Assembly: GCF_011386835.1 (NCBI RefSeq)
Contig: NC_088792.1
Location: forward strand, 282,906,001-282,970,000
From: Chrysemys picta bellii
Taxonomy: Eukaryota
Reading direction: 5' to 3'
Length of the DNA: 64,000 nt
Under the pieces are notes generated by a model. That model did not search any database. It saw only the letters and a list, made by a program, of their open reading frames with translations, and had not been told where the DNA came from. This document shows, piece after piece, positions 12,665-25,573 of the stretch. How positions within the stretch are numbered: position 1 is the first letter of the stretch; each line of letters opens with the position of its first letter. The translations under genes and the position numbers were made by a program.

Positions 12665-13320
12665 TCGTGGTTGGGGTGCTCTACTCACCGCTGGACAGTG
12701 CCACCTCCTGGTGGTTCTGGGGATTAGCTCGGCCAGGCAGATGTCCCTTCTGGCCGTTGTACTCTGTCTCTTTCTTTCTCTGTGGCCCCTCTCTTGTTCC
12801 AGGGACTGCAGCCTCCTCTTCATGACTCGGCCCTTGGGCCAGGTCACTAAGTGGTTTCCCCTTCTGGGGGTATCAAAGTCCCTTCTTATGAACAGGCTCA
12901 GGCAATCTTCCCATTCCCTGCCCAGCCAGTGCCACTTCCCCTGTGGCTGGCAGTGGAACCTGGGCCCACACTCTACTCCGGGTTCCAGCTCAGGGACCCT
13001 CAAACCAATAGCCAAGCTCTATTCCCTCTTGAACCTTCCCTGAGCCTTTCCTACCTGGCTGACTTCTTCCCCCACTCTGGGTTTGCCAGCCTGCCAACTC
13101 CGTCCTCCCAGGGAGTAACTGTGGGCTACCTGCCTCGGTAGCCTCCAAGCACACCTCCCTTCCTCCAGGGAGTGACTTCAGCCTCCTCCTGGCTTTGTAG
13201 AAGCCCTGCCTGTTCTCTCACAGGTGAGCCTCCCTCCAATTAACTTCCTCCAGCCTAAATCTCCCCCCTGTGCAGCCTAATAGGCCTATTAGGCTCATGT
13301 GGCCAACTTCCACTCTTGCA
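12665..13320 (-). mobile_element. Solo LTR related to the 27911/46725 family
   Basis: gtgctctactcaccgctgg..gccacctcctggtggttctggggattagctc matches the terminal part of the 27911 LTR. Boundaries are approximate and no TSD was found. Confidence 0.6.
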
Positions 13321-14829
13321 GGGCCAATGTGGGCAGTGCACTTCTTCCCAGGCCCATCTCCAGTTGCATCTTCAGGGCACTAGGAACCTATTGTCCAAAG
13401 GCAAGAGGGGGGAAAGATTCAATCAAGCAAGTATTCAAATTGCAGTTCATTTACAAGTCAAATCCAAACCTGGGATCCACCAATCTGGCACTGCTTTCTA
13501 CCTCTCCCATTCATGCAGGAAATAAAGACCCAGCAATCAGAGATTAGCTGATGATTTTGCAGATGATGGACAAGGCAGAAGAGACTCCATCTCAGTCTCC
13601 CATGGCTGTATGAGCACTGCACTCTAATATGATAGAAAACTAGTTCTTGCCAGTAAAATAAGGAGCTCCATCTCAAAGACACATGCACAGGGAGCAGACA
13701 GAAGGTGTCCAGGTGTCATTTTAAAAATGCCTATTGTGATTATTACCACGCTTAAATGTTTCATGCAATTATCATTGAGAATCTGATGTCCTGGGTAAAC
13801 TAACGGCAATTCGGAGAGCTGGCAAACTGCTATCTCCTAATGTGATGCACATCTGTGTGTCATCATCAGTTTACAGCAGATGCAGAATATCTATCCTGAC
13901 AGGAAGCATTCAGCCAAGCCAACTTTTTTAATGCTATTACTTAAAAACACAGAGTTTATAAAGAGATTTGAAGAGGGATGTGGATTTAGTTTTAGAATGA
14001 CAACCTTGGTGGCTGAAGTCCTCTCTTCATCTGCAGAACAGAGGCAAGAACAATACAAACTCGCCTGTGTTGTCACCCCCACCTCAGCCCTAGGAGTTCA
14101 GATTTCACTGCTCATTGAATCTTTTGGCTCTCTGCTGATTCAGCTCGTGAGGTGGCTGCTTGTCATGATGTGGCCACTTCTATTCTCTGAACTGGACAGA
14201 ATCTACCAACTCCGTTCACATGGGCCACTGAATGGTTACAACTTTCTGTAGCTACTTAAACATGCTGGAATTGAACTTGTGATCCTAGAGGTTCAAGGCT
14301 CCATATTTTTAATGCAATTTTTAACATCAGCCTTTTTAATTTGGAAAGAAACCCGAAGTGTGATTGAGCTAACTGGTGTGTCAAGCAAGATCTATCTAAG
14401 ACACCAAACAATGCTCTGTTAAACAAAAGCCAAATTCTCCAAAAGTGGCCACTGATTTTGGGTGCCAAGATGCACCCAAAATGGAGGTATCCTACATCAG
14501 TGAAAAAGTTGCTCTCAATCTCAAAAAGACTTTACAGAGTTAAATCATTGCAGAGACGCTGACCACTCATGCCTCCCACTGAATACAATGGGGACTGCTA
14601 ATGCTCAGGGCCCATGAAAATTGGACAGGTGCCTACATATTGAATGTAACTGCCTACCCTCTTGTGCACTCAAGTTTGAAGTGTGGCCTCAACTTCACTG
14701 TTTATCCATCTGTGAAATGGGAATAACATTCACTCTTTTGCACTCTTGGAGATCCGTGGATGGCCAGGTTCTATGTAGGTACAAGGTATTAGTCTGTAAA
14801 GTGCAATGCAAATTCTAAACATCATTAGT

Positions 14830-14965
14830 ATTAAACAGACAAAAGGTAATTTTGGGTTGAATATTAAGCAGAAACTCCCTAACAATGAGATCGTATAAGA
14901 GTCTTTAACAATCCCTGAGGGAAGTGGTGGAAGCTCCATCACTAGAGACATTTTGATCCAAATTT
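14830..14965 (+). mobile_element. Old CR1 3' fragment
   Basis: gggttgaatattaagcagaaactccctaac..gggaagtggtggaagctccatcactagag resembles the CR1 terminal coding region. Confidence 0.5.
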
Positions 14966-16854
14966 TCAAAAGCTGCCTGTATATTTCCATGTTCTAATTT
15001 TTCTGAACACATTGTGGATGTCCAAGTTCTTTTCCCTCCCTAGAACTTGGATGATCATCTTCAAGCCTCACAGGCCTGCTAATGCTGCTTTAAGTTCATG
15101 AATGGACTATGATTATTTTCCTCTGCTATTGCCAGCACTACATGTCAGATTTTTTAGCACATAAAAAACGAGGGCAACCAAAATCAAGCACACAAAAACC
15201 TGAGCATGCAACCTTATTTGCTGAGCTGAGATTATTCTAGAAATGTTATCCTTAAAATTACACTGGAGAAAGAAGCACAAAATATACTGTAGCGAACAAT
15301 CTTTTGCAGGTAGGGGAGTGAAAAGGGAAGTCTAATAGCTCTTTTGTATCGCTGCCTTATATGACTTTGCAATCAAACTAAGGACAATCTTCAAGGGCAA
15401 GAAATGTACCATGTCCTATTTCCATCAGGTTCTCTGGTTCTATCTTGGGGCAAGACCTGCTGAAAGTGGACTTAAAGACCGCTATTAGGACATTGATTAG
15501 GAGTATTTAGGCTGGCGTTTATTACCAAATATAAATAAAACCCAACTCGTTTACAATATTAAGCATAGGCAAGGAAAGGGCACTAGCACTCCGAGACTGA
15601 AATGATCGTTACCAAGAAATTGTGTTGTCCAGTTACTCGCCTTCATGTAGGGAAAAAACAATTATGTTGCGCATTTTAACTTCTTTCTAAAGCCTTGTGA
15701 AATTGATTTCATATGACATTGAGACTACAAGAATAAAGCAGGACTGAGAGTAAAATGAAGGGTAGAAAGCAGACAAAATGAGATGTGCAATGCCTGGGTG
15801 TGTGGGTCTAATGATGAGGAAGCAAGGTTGACAGCCATTCTGGGTCAGATATTCCGCTGGTGGTGTCGGATGTAATATGTAGAATGTATATTTTAGGTGT
15901 TGGGACATGTGAAAAGATTCCTGGCAAGGAAAGAGAACAGCCACGTAAAAACCTGAGCCAGCAACCTGATCAGGTACACAACTTGGTCAGCAATCCAATC
16001 AGATAAACAACTGAGTTAGCAAACTAATCTTAGTGCTAGGCAGAAAAAGTGTTTATACAATATAGAATGACTCTTTGTAATAGTGTATTTAAGGCAAGCA
16101 CCTGAATGTAGGGGTGCGCTTTCATTTAACCCTATGCCTTGCCCTGTCTCAGTGGACTGATCACTGAAGCAGCAAATAAACAACATACTTCTTCAGCTCA
16201 AGAGTTTGTGGACCTGCACGTTCAGGGGAGGGAGGAAAGGAATCAGTCAATAGTTGGAAATCAGCACAGCTCCATTAAGTCCACAGAGCTGTGCAATCCC
16301 ATGCTCTCTTCCAGTCCACAGAACTACTCCAATTCACACCATCTGAGGTTCTGTATCCATCCATGTTTCGTATGAGCAGTGCAATTCCTCTCACATAGCC
16401 AGTCCCCCACTCACCCATCTTTGGGAAGGTATTTTTCAGTTTAGTAGTAAAGACAAGGGGGTGACATTATTTACCGAACCCAGGGCTGAGCTCTGATGCA
16501 AAGATGAACATCCTCAACCTGTGGTGAAGTCAGGGAAGTGAAGAGTCCATCCAGGGGTGGCTCGCCAACAGCCCAAACAGTGTTTCTTCATCTTGTCCCC
16601 TTCATTCTGCCCAAGCGACACAACATGCCATGCCCTTGAGTCCTCTTGCCACTTGTTACTCTTGGCTCCATGTGAGCCCTGGTCTTGCACTCCTCTTTGT
16701 GCCCGCCGTCTACCCTCTCTGTTAAAATACCACCTCAATATGGACTTCTCCCAAGAAGCCCATAAACCCTTGTACTCCTCTCAATGGTGTGTCAACAACA
16801 GCTGCGTGAGGAGCCAAAGTTTCATGCAGGATGCTTCCGTGTAATGACATTACA

Positions 16855-17390
16855 TGCATAGGAGGTAGTTGGTCCACTTTACTCTGCATGGGTGAGGCCT
16901 CAGCTGGAGTACAGTGTCCAGTTTTGGGTGCCGCACATTAAGAAAGATGTGTACCAATTGGAGAGAGTCCAGAAGAGGGCAACGAAACATGATCAGAGGA
17001 TTAGACAACATGAGCTATGAAGGAAGGCTGGAAGAATTAGGCGTGTTTTTTTTCTAGAGAAGGGAAGGCTGAGTAGCAACATAAGTCATCAAATACGGAA
17101 AAGGTGGTTATAAAGAGGATGGTGACCGTTTGTTCTCCAAGTCTACCAAGGGTAAGTCAAGAAGTAATCTGCCTAGTTTGCAGCAAGGGAAATTTAGGTT
17201 GGATATTAGGAAAATGTTCTAACTAAAAGGATATTTAAGCACTCAAACAGGTTACCAAGGGAAGTTGTGCAATCCCCATCCATGGAGGCTTTTGAATATC
17301 AGTCAGGGATCTTTACTCAATCCTGCCTCAGTACAGGAGGATGGACAAGATGACTTGAGGTTCCCTCAAGCCCTGCATTTCTATGATTCC
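16855..17390 (+). mobile_element. Older CR1 3' fragment
   Basis: gtgaggcctcagctggagtac..gtccagttttggg..gagagagtccagaagagggcaac..tttaggttggatattagg..ttctatgattcc. Confidence 0.9.
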
Positions 17391-18827
17391 TCCTATACCA
17401 TAAGTCATCAACAGCAGAGTTTCAGTCAAGGACTTTCTGCACCACAGTACACAGCTCTACCACTTGAGCTAAAGGAGTAACTCCATTGGCTGGCAACAGT
17501 AGTAGGCAATTATTCTATAGTAAATGAGCCTCTGGAGGAGGGGTGACATGACACGCATACTTTGCCACTGTGTTCCATGAGCACTTTCAGAGAAGACTTT
17601 AAAAATGTCCTTGTGTGTGGATATTAAAATATTTGCTGTGCGATTTCCTGTTGAGCAGGTGGGGTTAGTTCCACTCTGGCTGCCTGTCACTGGTGCTGTA
17701 CATACGTATACATTGGGATGGAAGGAACTATATACATGTAAAAATATATATCCTTGTAATGGTATAAATATTCTGTATTGCTAATTGTATTTCACTTGAG
17801 GAACAATACCCAACCCATCTCCTGAAGTAGACTGCGTTTGAAGGACAAAGCTCCAGACATGATGGCACTCTGCGTTCCTTCCGGTCTCCTCCACTCCTTT
17901 AGAGAGATTGTGTTTGCTTGGTTGCACGGTGCTTACCATGCAAAGGTGTGAGAAATCTACTTTGTTGTAGTCTTATCTTCTGATCAATGTATCGAAAGCC
18001 GGAGCTTTAGTTGGAGTCAGATTGAAGCCTAGTTGAAGGGATTTGGAGCTTTCGGAATCAGAGCTGCCAGGAAACAAGACATTGAGATAAAATAACGTGA
18101 TCCATCCCTGGGATTTTAGAAAAGCAGAGAGATTTTTGTTACGTGTTGTGGCCACTTTGCTATGACTTAGAATCCGAAGCAAACTTATTCCTGATAGGAC
18201 AGATGTTTGGTTCCTGTGAACTGCTTTAGCTTGGGATAGCTAATAATAAAATTGGTGGAGGTAGAGAGTTTTATCAAACGCCTTAGTCCTATTGTATGGA
18301 GCAGCGAGATTACCTCAGACCTTAAGTGCTGTCTTTGTGAGTCATTAGCACTTCAACAAAGCAGCTTGACTAGACAAGACCCCAGTTGGGAAGCCAGCTT
18401 TCGCTAAGATGTAGAAGGGTCAAGAAAATGCCAATCTGTTTGCATATAAAGATGGTTCTGGGAAGGGTGTATTTATTGCTTGTGGCAACAGCTGGAATGA
18501 GAAATCCTTTCACCTGTTCCCCACCTCCCACCCCCATTCTTTTTAGTATTAAGTTTAAATATTTCAATAGCAGCACATTCATGGTGGGGGATTGTGGGGG
18601 AGGGAGAGAGAGACTACGATATAACACATACAATGTTATTTTATAAATACTAACCATCCTTTGCTTTCTCCAATTATTGTCTTCTCGTACCAGGCCCCTG
18701 AAATGAGAAGGATGTAAAATATTTCTTTGAATGGAGGGCAAAAGCACATCAGTTGGGCCCAACCATCAGCTAACTTTGAGAGAGGGGGCAACACAATTTT
18801 TGTCTTTATTATTTGTATTACCAGGTA

Positions 18828-19401
18828 CAGTGGTGCTGGAAAAAGGGGAATAGGGGGACCAGGGGGCCATGGCCCTCCCATTTTTCAGCAGGGCCCCTGC
18901 CCCCTCCTCTTCTCCCCTGAGGCCCTGCCCCCACCCCGGTCAGGCTGGTAGCTGGAGACTGGCTGGGGAGCCCAAGCAGCTGTGGGGCACCACACTGCGG
19001 ACCCTCTACCTGCCCAGGGTGGGGGGTTCAGAGCAGCCCCAGCCCATTTCCCCCCGCCCCCGCCGGCTCCCCTCCCCCACCCAGGGCAGGAGGGTCTGCA
19101 GCTTCCCACAGCTCCTGTGCGCGGCTCTTACCTGGACCCAGTTGGGAGTCCGCAGCCTGGGCATGGTGAGAGCTGCACAGGCAGCTGTGGGGAGCTGCAC
19201 CATAAACCCTCCTCCTGCCCTGGGCAGGGGGCCCGCGAGGTGGGAAAATGGGCCGGGAGCTGCTCTCGACCCCCCCACCTCAGGTAGGTGGAGGGTCTGC
19301 AGCTCCTGGCCCACTCCAGCTTCCGGCTTGGCCAGGGGCAGGGCCTCGGGCAGAAGAGGAGGGGCGGGGCGCCTGGTCCCCACACTTTGGGGCAGGCTCT
19401 G
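18828..19401. mobile_element. GC-rich hAT-like MITE inserted in an L2-tail SINE
   Basis: The left end cagtggtgctggaa matches the TIR of the TSD-flanked 63170-63720 element. The right end is degraded and no clean TSD is present. Confidence 0.65.
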
Positions 19402-19514
19402 GGTACATAGAAGCCTTCCAGCCAATGTCTGCATCCCATTGTGCAAAGTGCTGTACATACACATAGCAGGAGATAGTCCTCACCCCAAAGAGCTTACCGT
19501 CTAAATAGAACAAG

Positions 19515-19640
19515 GACGTATCGTTATCCCCACTTTCCATAGGGGAAAATGAGGCTCAGATAGATAAAGAGACTCACTCAAAGTCACCCAGATAGCCTGA
19601 CAGGGTCAATCTCCTGAGTCCCAGTTTAATGCTTCAACCA
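19515..19640 (-). mobile_element. MIR/CORE SINE fragment
   Basis: ttatccccacttt..gaggctcaga..gactcactcaaagtcacccag is the reverse CORE motif. Confidence 0.65.
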
Positions 19641-20093
19641 CAAGCCCATCCTTTCTCACATAATATTGCTCATCCAACTGGCACACTCAGCATGGAAAGG
19701 TCAGTTCCCCCCACCAATGTAGCTTGCAATGGTGAGCTATCAAGAAAGAAGTATAGTAGAGCAGTTATGCATATTATGTGTCTCCCCCTCTAGCACAGGG
19801 AAAAGGGCAGGGAAAAGGTTCAGGGATTTCTCCCTCCGTGCAATTGTGGACACAAAAGATGCCCTCAAGGAAGCAGGTGAGGGCAGGGCAGATGCATGCC
19901 CCACCATGCGTCTTGGGTAGCTTGTGGAGAGACTGTGCCTCCCAGGTCACAATGCCTTCCTAGCCTCCTCCTGTGGCGCTCTGGTTCAGTGCCTCTCCCT
20001 ACTGGTGTTTTTGGCTAAATGCCACAGTTCGGCCCACTGAACCTGAGAAGTGTATGGTTTAGTGGGAGTATCATAAGCATCATCATCCTGATT

Positions 20094-20286
20094 GAAGAAC
20101 AGGAGTACTTGTGGCACCTTAGAGACTAACAAATTTATTAGAGCATAAGCTTTCGTGGACTACAGCCCACTTCTTCGTCCACGAAAGCTTATGCGCTAAT
20201 AAATTTGTTAGTCTCTAAGGTGCCACAAGTACTCCTGTTCTTCTTTTTGCGGATACAGACTAACACGGCTGTTACTCTGAAACTTG
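20094..20286. mobile_element. Short Penelope-like inverted-repeat insertion (same family as 9186)
   Basis: 66-bp arms 20094-20159 / 20178-20243 (1 mismatch) and the same 3' tail gcggatacagactaacacggctg..ctctgaaac. The TSD is tcatcctgatt(g) (20083-20094 / 20287-20298). Confidence 0.93.
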
Positions 20287-20912
20287 TCATCCTGATTGGT
20301 ACAGCTGAGGCAGCAACCCTGAATCCCTTCTTCTGCTTAATCCAATCAGACAGGTGTGGACTAACCTCATACTTCTTGGGAAAAACCTGGACATTTCAAA
20401 TGAACCAAAGCAAATGTCCAGTGCATGATGATAGCATGCAGTCCAGAGCTTAGAAGGGGAAAATGATTACGTGCAATCACTGTCAAAAGAAATATTCCAA
20501 AACAGATGAACTTTGACTAGTCATTTCTGGATCAGTGAAAATTGATACAACTCCATTGACAACAGATTGCATTCACTGCACACCAACTGAGGATCTGTCC
20601 TCTTATTCCTATCATAGCTCAACATACCAATAGCCACGCATTCTCTCTGCATACCGTTACCAATTATAATTTATTCACAGCACAATCTAGCTGGCCTCCT
20701 CAGTGAAAATGTAACTATGAAACATCCCCCAACAATTCTCCTCTGATTTTCCAGGAACACTAAAGCACAAGAGGATAGAGAGGACTGTTCTCATTATTAT
20801 TAATTATTATTATTATTATTACTACTTCAGTGGAAAGCTCTGGAGTTTTAATTTTCCACCAAAGGGTGAATGACCAGAGAAGAATCTCACAAAACTACCA
20901 GCTTAGATGTCA

Positions 20913-21050
20913 GTTGCAGTGTTGTTGGAGCCTTGTTGGTCCCAGGATATTAGAAAGACAAGGTGGGTCAGGTCCTATCTTTTACTGGACCAACTTCTGC
21001 TGGTGAAAGAGACACGCTTTCGAGTTTACACAGAGCTCTTCTTCAGATGC
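20913..21050. mobile_element. Penelope-like terminal fragment (second family) with a degenerate hammerhead on the minus strand
   Basis: The reverse strand reads CTGAAGA-a-gagctctgtgtaaactc-GAAA-gcgtgtc, and the sequence is shared with 4537-4638. Confidence 0.65.
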
Positions 21051-21717
21051 GGTTATTTCACCCATTTACCTTGCAGTTCTCCAGATTGGATTTTTGTTAC
21101 AAAACTGAATGTCTGGAGAGTCAAAATGTAAATAAAGAGCTCTGTCCTTCAAGTGTCCTGCCTGGGAGAAGAAGGTTAGCATCAGATTAAAGAGTGCGTG
21201 GAGAGCGTGTGGCTCTAAAGCTTTCATTAACCTTACAAAGTCTTCCCAGGTGAAAGTTCTAGCAGCTGCTCTGTCATTCAGATGGATTCTCTCGCCCTCA
21301 TTTTGTTTTCCATTGAATCAATGTTATTATTTAATATTTCTATGATGCTAGCACTGTTGGGGTTCCCCTTACACCTCTTCCGCTTGGTTTCTCGGCAACT
21401 CAGTTCAACTCCAGTCTCGCCACTCAGATTCCTTTCTATGGCACACTGCAAAGCTATGCTGAGTTGATGAGATGCAAGTGTAGGAGGTGGGCATAGGGTG
21501 GACCACACACTCACATTTACACAGCAAACCTCTTCATATACATTGACACATATTATTTACTATACATTGCATTACACGTTTTTGGCTTGCCTTGGTTACT
21601 TCGTAGGAACCAATCTCTGAACAGCATGCTTTGTTCACACTCTGTCCACTCGCGACCTACTCTTGAGTTCATCTGTACATTCCTGACTTATCTTGTCCGT
21701 GGTTATCTTGTTTATAG

Positions 21718-21920
21718 TGTAAGCCGGGCCTGTTTGGTGTGGCGCTCTGTCCCCCTCTACTGGGGCTAGGCCAGCTAGAGATTGATGAGCTTGCTACAGC
21801 CTTGGCTAAAAGATAGGTGTCTTTTTGCTCCGGCAGGAGAGGGAGCAAATTAATTAAAATTAAGAGGTCAGACGATTGATCCTGGCTGCCAGTGACTCAC
21901 CCAGAGACGTCAATGTTACA
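21718..21920 (+). mobile_element. ~200-bp TGTAA..TTACA element with an internal tRNA-like segment (copy 1)
   Basis: Termini tgtaagcc / atgttaca. It aligns by eye with the reverse complement of 55910-56104. Confidence 0.7.
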
Positions 21921-22219
21921 GCAGTAAACGGTTCCCGGAGCGTGCTCACTCAAACGTTCTGTCTCTTAGCTTACTGACCCATTTACATAGCTTAGCACAA
22001 ATATTCCGTTTTCATCCTGCTGCTCAATTTACCTCCCTACTCCTGTTTTCCAAGAAATTTGCCTTCCCCTATGTTTAATCACTTATGTTAGGCCAGACCT
22101 GCATTCATACAAGCACTTAGAATCCCCTCTTGGACTAGGAACTGCACTAACATGCATTAAAATCAGCCCCTGCCCTGATGAGTTTACAGTCTAGACAAAG
22201 GGTCATAGAGGAGAGAAGG

Positions 22220-22375
22220 TTCATTATCCCCATTGTACATGTGGGGAATTGAGGCACAGAGAGATTTAAGTGACTCACCAGAGGTCACATACGGAGTTTG
22301 TCGCAGAGCAGGGAATGAGACCCAGATCTCCTGAACCCCAGTCCAATGCCTTCAGCGGAAGACCAGCCTTTCTCA
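22220..22375 (-). mobile_element. MIR/CORE SINE
   Basis: cattatccccatt..gaggcacagagagatttaagtgactcaccagaggtcaca..cccagatctcctg. Confidence 0.8.
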
Positions 22376-23029
22376 TGTTTTCTTCTGAAATTTGATTTTT
22401 TCAGACAAACCACCTACCGCAATCCTCTGATCCCTGATCTCTTATCTTCATTTGTGTGGTGGCAAGGTTTGAACACACCATTTGAGATGTATTATCTAAT
22501 GTAACCATTGAGTCATTAGTAACTCATTATTTTTAGTAATCATATTGGGATAATGACTAGGCAGGGCTCAATTTTTGGGTGCCCAAAATGGGGGCCTGAT
22601 TTTCAGGAAGTGCCGAGGTCCCCCCACCTCTAGAAATCAGGCTCCATTAAGACGTTGAAACTTGAGCATCCAAAACCACTTGGTCACTGTCTGTGCTGGG
22701 ACTTGGGCTGAAAAAGACACTGATGTTCTTCCTTGTTTGAGATGATGGAGTCCAGTTTCTCAGAATAGCCTGCTGACCCTACCCTTTTGGCATTTTAAAA
22801 GTTGGCCAGAACTGGATTTCTCTTCGGCTTAAAAGTTCAATAAAAAGACAAAGATCTTCTGTGTAGGATTTCAGATAATACCTCCCATTAAAGAGACTCA
22901 CAAATCCAAGAAAATGACTGCAAAGGGCTCAGTGCGATTATAGGTTCAAATCAGGAAACTTATAAGTCTGACAACAAAACAAAAGCAGAGTTCTTTATCC
23001 CCATATCACACACAAAGCTACCTATCTTA

Positions 23030-23250
23030 GGTATTTATATAGCTCCCAATATTGTAGTAACTGAATGCCTCACAATCCTTCATTTATTTATCCACCCCTG
23101 TGAGGTGGGACAGTACAATTGTCCCAGACTTACAGATGAAGGACATAGTACCTTGCACAAGGTCCCACAGTAAATTAGTGATAGAGCAGGGGGCTTGAAT
23201 CCACGTTGCTCAACTCCTAGGGTAGCAACCTAACCACTGGATCATGCTTC
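23030..23250 (-). mobile_element. MIR/CORE SINE (degraded)
   Basis: cctcacaatcc..ccctgtgaggtggg..ttacagatgaagga..ttgcacaaggtcccacag. Confidence 0.65.
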
Positions 23251-23687
23251 TACTCATTTTATATTTACTCCCATCCCGAGCTCCAGCTGGGTGTGCGCCA
23301 AACCCCAGAAGGTTTGCATGAGCGTCTGTGAGGACAGATCTCTGAGATGTCCATCGCTCTACCTGCTATCTATCACAGCACTCCACAGTCTAAAAGCTCA
23401 GGGCTAGAATTTCCATCGTGCCCAAGGTCTTGCTGGGGATACAGCAAAGATGGGGGAGAGTTCCAGCAGAGATTTCAGGCAGCCCACAGTGGTTCACTGA
23501 CTCTGCACTTCCTGGCCCTGGTGTAACTCAGAGCTGCTGAGGAGCAGGTCTAATCTAAACCAATGACATAAGGTCCCTTAGTGAACTTATGCCAATGGAG
23601 AGCTGAGCTCTGCTCCTCCACAGCCCTTCCCATCCTGAGCACGTCTTCCCTCCTTGCACCAGGGATGGATGGGACACCAAGAACCAA

Positions 23688-24330
23688 TGTGATGTTCTGG
23701 GGAGCATCCAGACCAATAAGGGGTTCTGTCATGGCCTGTCCTGAAATCCTGGGGGCCTTTGTGCTGTGTAGCTATGGTTCAGATCCCTAACACTAGTAGC
23801 CAGCCCACAAGCATAAGGTCTCGCCCTGCTTCTCACCTGCCCAGTTAGTCTTTGCAGGGTGACCCCAACAACCTTCACAGTTCCAAATCTCCCCAAATCC
23901 ATCCTCCTCAAGTTCTTAACTACCAGACACTTTTTTCCCCCTCTGGTTCATCATCCCCGAAGGCGAGAAGCCAGCCTCCCGGATACCAGTTTGCAAACCA
24001 AAGACCTGCAGGAGACGAAAGTAAACAAAAGGTTTATTTAATAGAAAATCCACAGATTCCAAGATGAAATAGTGAGGGGAAAGCAAACACATATGGTGCG
24101 CTGAAAATAAACATAAAGACACAACCTCAGGCTTGATGCTTTCATATTAGATAAAATCCCTTTTCTGATAAGAGTTACCTGTTGCCTTCAAGCACTTTCC
24201 CAGCATATCCCCTAACTAAAAGAAGGATCCAGCACTCACAGACACCCTGCCACCTCAAGACTGTCCCCCAAGTTCTGGATAAACCCTCAGTCCCAAGCCT
24301 GCTTTTAAAAGGCTTTTTCTCTCTCTCAGT
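23688..24330 (-). mobile_element. Probable LTR fragment, cut by a SINE
   Basis: TG terminus (tgtgatgttctgggg), reverse-strand polyA signal near 24035 and TATA-like cttttaaaagg near 24302. No TSD was found. Confidence 0.45.
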
Positions 24331-24333
24331 CCA

Positions 24334-24522
24334 GGGTGGAGGGATACTTCATTGGTTTGAGCATTGGCCTGCTAAACCCAGGGTTATGAGCTCAATCCTT
24401 GAAGGGGCCATTTAGGGATCTGGGGCAAAAATCTGTCTGGGGATTGGTCCCCCTTTGAGCAGGGGGTTGGACTAGATGACCTCCTGAGGTCCCTTCCAAC
24501 CCTGGTATTCTATGATTCCATG
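24334..24522 (+). mobile_element. Tortoise Pol III SINE (tRNA-Lys-derived head + CR1 3' tail)
   Basis: gggatacttcattggtttgagcattggcctgctaaacccagggttatgagctcaatcc followed by the CR1 tail ggactagatgacctcctgaggtcccttccaaccc..attctatgattc. Confidence 0.93.
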
Positions 24523-24600
24523 ATGAATCAAAGTGAGGAAATTCCATCTTGACTTGATGTTCAATAGGCAGGAGGATCTTCTCAGTTTGGAGTTGTCTCA

Positions 24601-24825
24601 GGGCAGGTCAACACTTAAAACACTGCATTGGCAAGGCTGCAGCACTCTACTGAAGACACTCTACACTGACAGGAGAGAGTTCTCCTGTTGCTGCAGTTTA
24701 CCAACCTCCGTGAGAGGCAGTCGCTATGATGGTGGGAAAAGCTCTCCCACTGACGCAGCCCTGTCTACATCAGTGCTAAGGTTGGTATAATTGTACCACA
24801 GTAATTCTGTAGTTTAGACCTGCCC
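24601..24825. mobile_element. PIF/Harbinger MITE
   Basis: TIR gggcaggtcaacac / gtttagacctgccc and 3-bp TSD tca/tca. Confidence 0.85.
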
Positions 24826-25573
24826 TCAGTGTCTTCCCATTAACTCTAATGGTCCACCATTGTCTTTTCCTGGGTGGGACAATGGATAGATATTTGAAGT
24901 CAGTTTCCTGTAGACGACTGGTTTGGAGGGTGCTCTTTCCTGCTTGACTGCTCACCGCCCCGCTGTGAGGAGGAGCTGAAGTTGCACTGCAGATCGAGCA
25001 CAGTTTTCTATAGACACCAACACGTACATTCATACCCACAGTCTGTCTAATGACCACAAAGTTCAGAATATTACAAGCTTTCATAACAGACCTTCCTTGA
25101 TAGAACCAGGCCACACTGCAGCAAGGCTTGTGGATTTATTTGTTTACTGTCAATGAATGGAGTGTTCCTGAAAGTGAGGGGCTCGCAATAACCCTGCAAG
25201 CTTCTCGCACGCACTCGCGACTCTGCCAACTGCAGGCGTTTCAGTCGGAGTTGCCGCCTGGCCAGTTACGTTCATTGCTTGGCTTGACCTGGTTTTTCTT
25301 TTTAAAGCCACCTGAAGCCAAACCCAAGCCAGCTGCGGGGATGTATCCAGCAATAACACAACAGCTGCTTAGAGCCCCGATCCTGCAAGTGAGCGCCGTG
25401 GGGAAGCGTTCCTGCACCGGAGTGGAGTTCCTTACAGGGCAGAGGCCTAAGGCTGCTTACAAAGGAAGCTTGCAGCAGAATCCACAGCAATGCAATGGAG
25501 GTCTCACCCCCCTCTGATGCTGCAAAGGCAAAACACTGACTCGCTGGGCCAAATCTGATCACTGCCCCTGATT

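Noticed and set aside
12455-13141. 186-aa and 110-aa ORFs
   Set aside because: They overlap a solo-LTR-like sequence and contain no recognisable protein motif.
15697-16217. LTR-like stretch with TG start, tatttaa and aataaa
   Set aside because: There is no TSD and no homologue in the window, and the motifs are too short to support a call.
18821-19410. Possible TSD for the 18828 element (ggtaca on both sides)
   Set aside because: It does not give a consistent 8-bp duplication with the inferred TIR, so the right end is probably deleted.
18869-19504. 211-aa ORF and several overlapping ORFs
   Set aside because: They lie within a GC-rich MITE, are low-complexity (P/G/A/R-rich), are open on both strands and show no domain.
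24334-24410. tRNA-Lys-like sequences here and at 48400, 52290 and 63455 as tRNA genes
   Set aside because: Each continues directly into a CR1-derived tail, so they are SINE heads and not tRNA genes.
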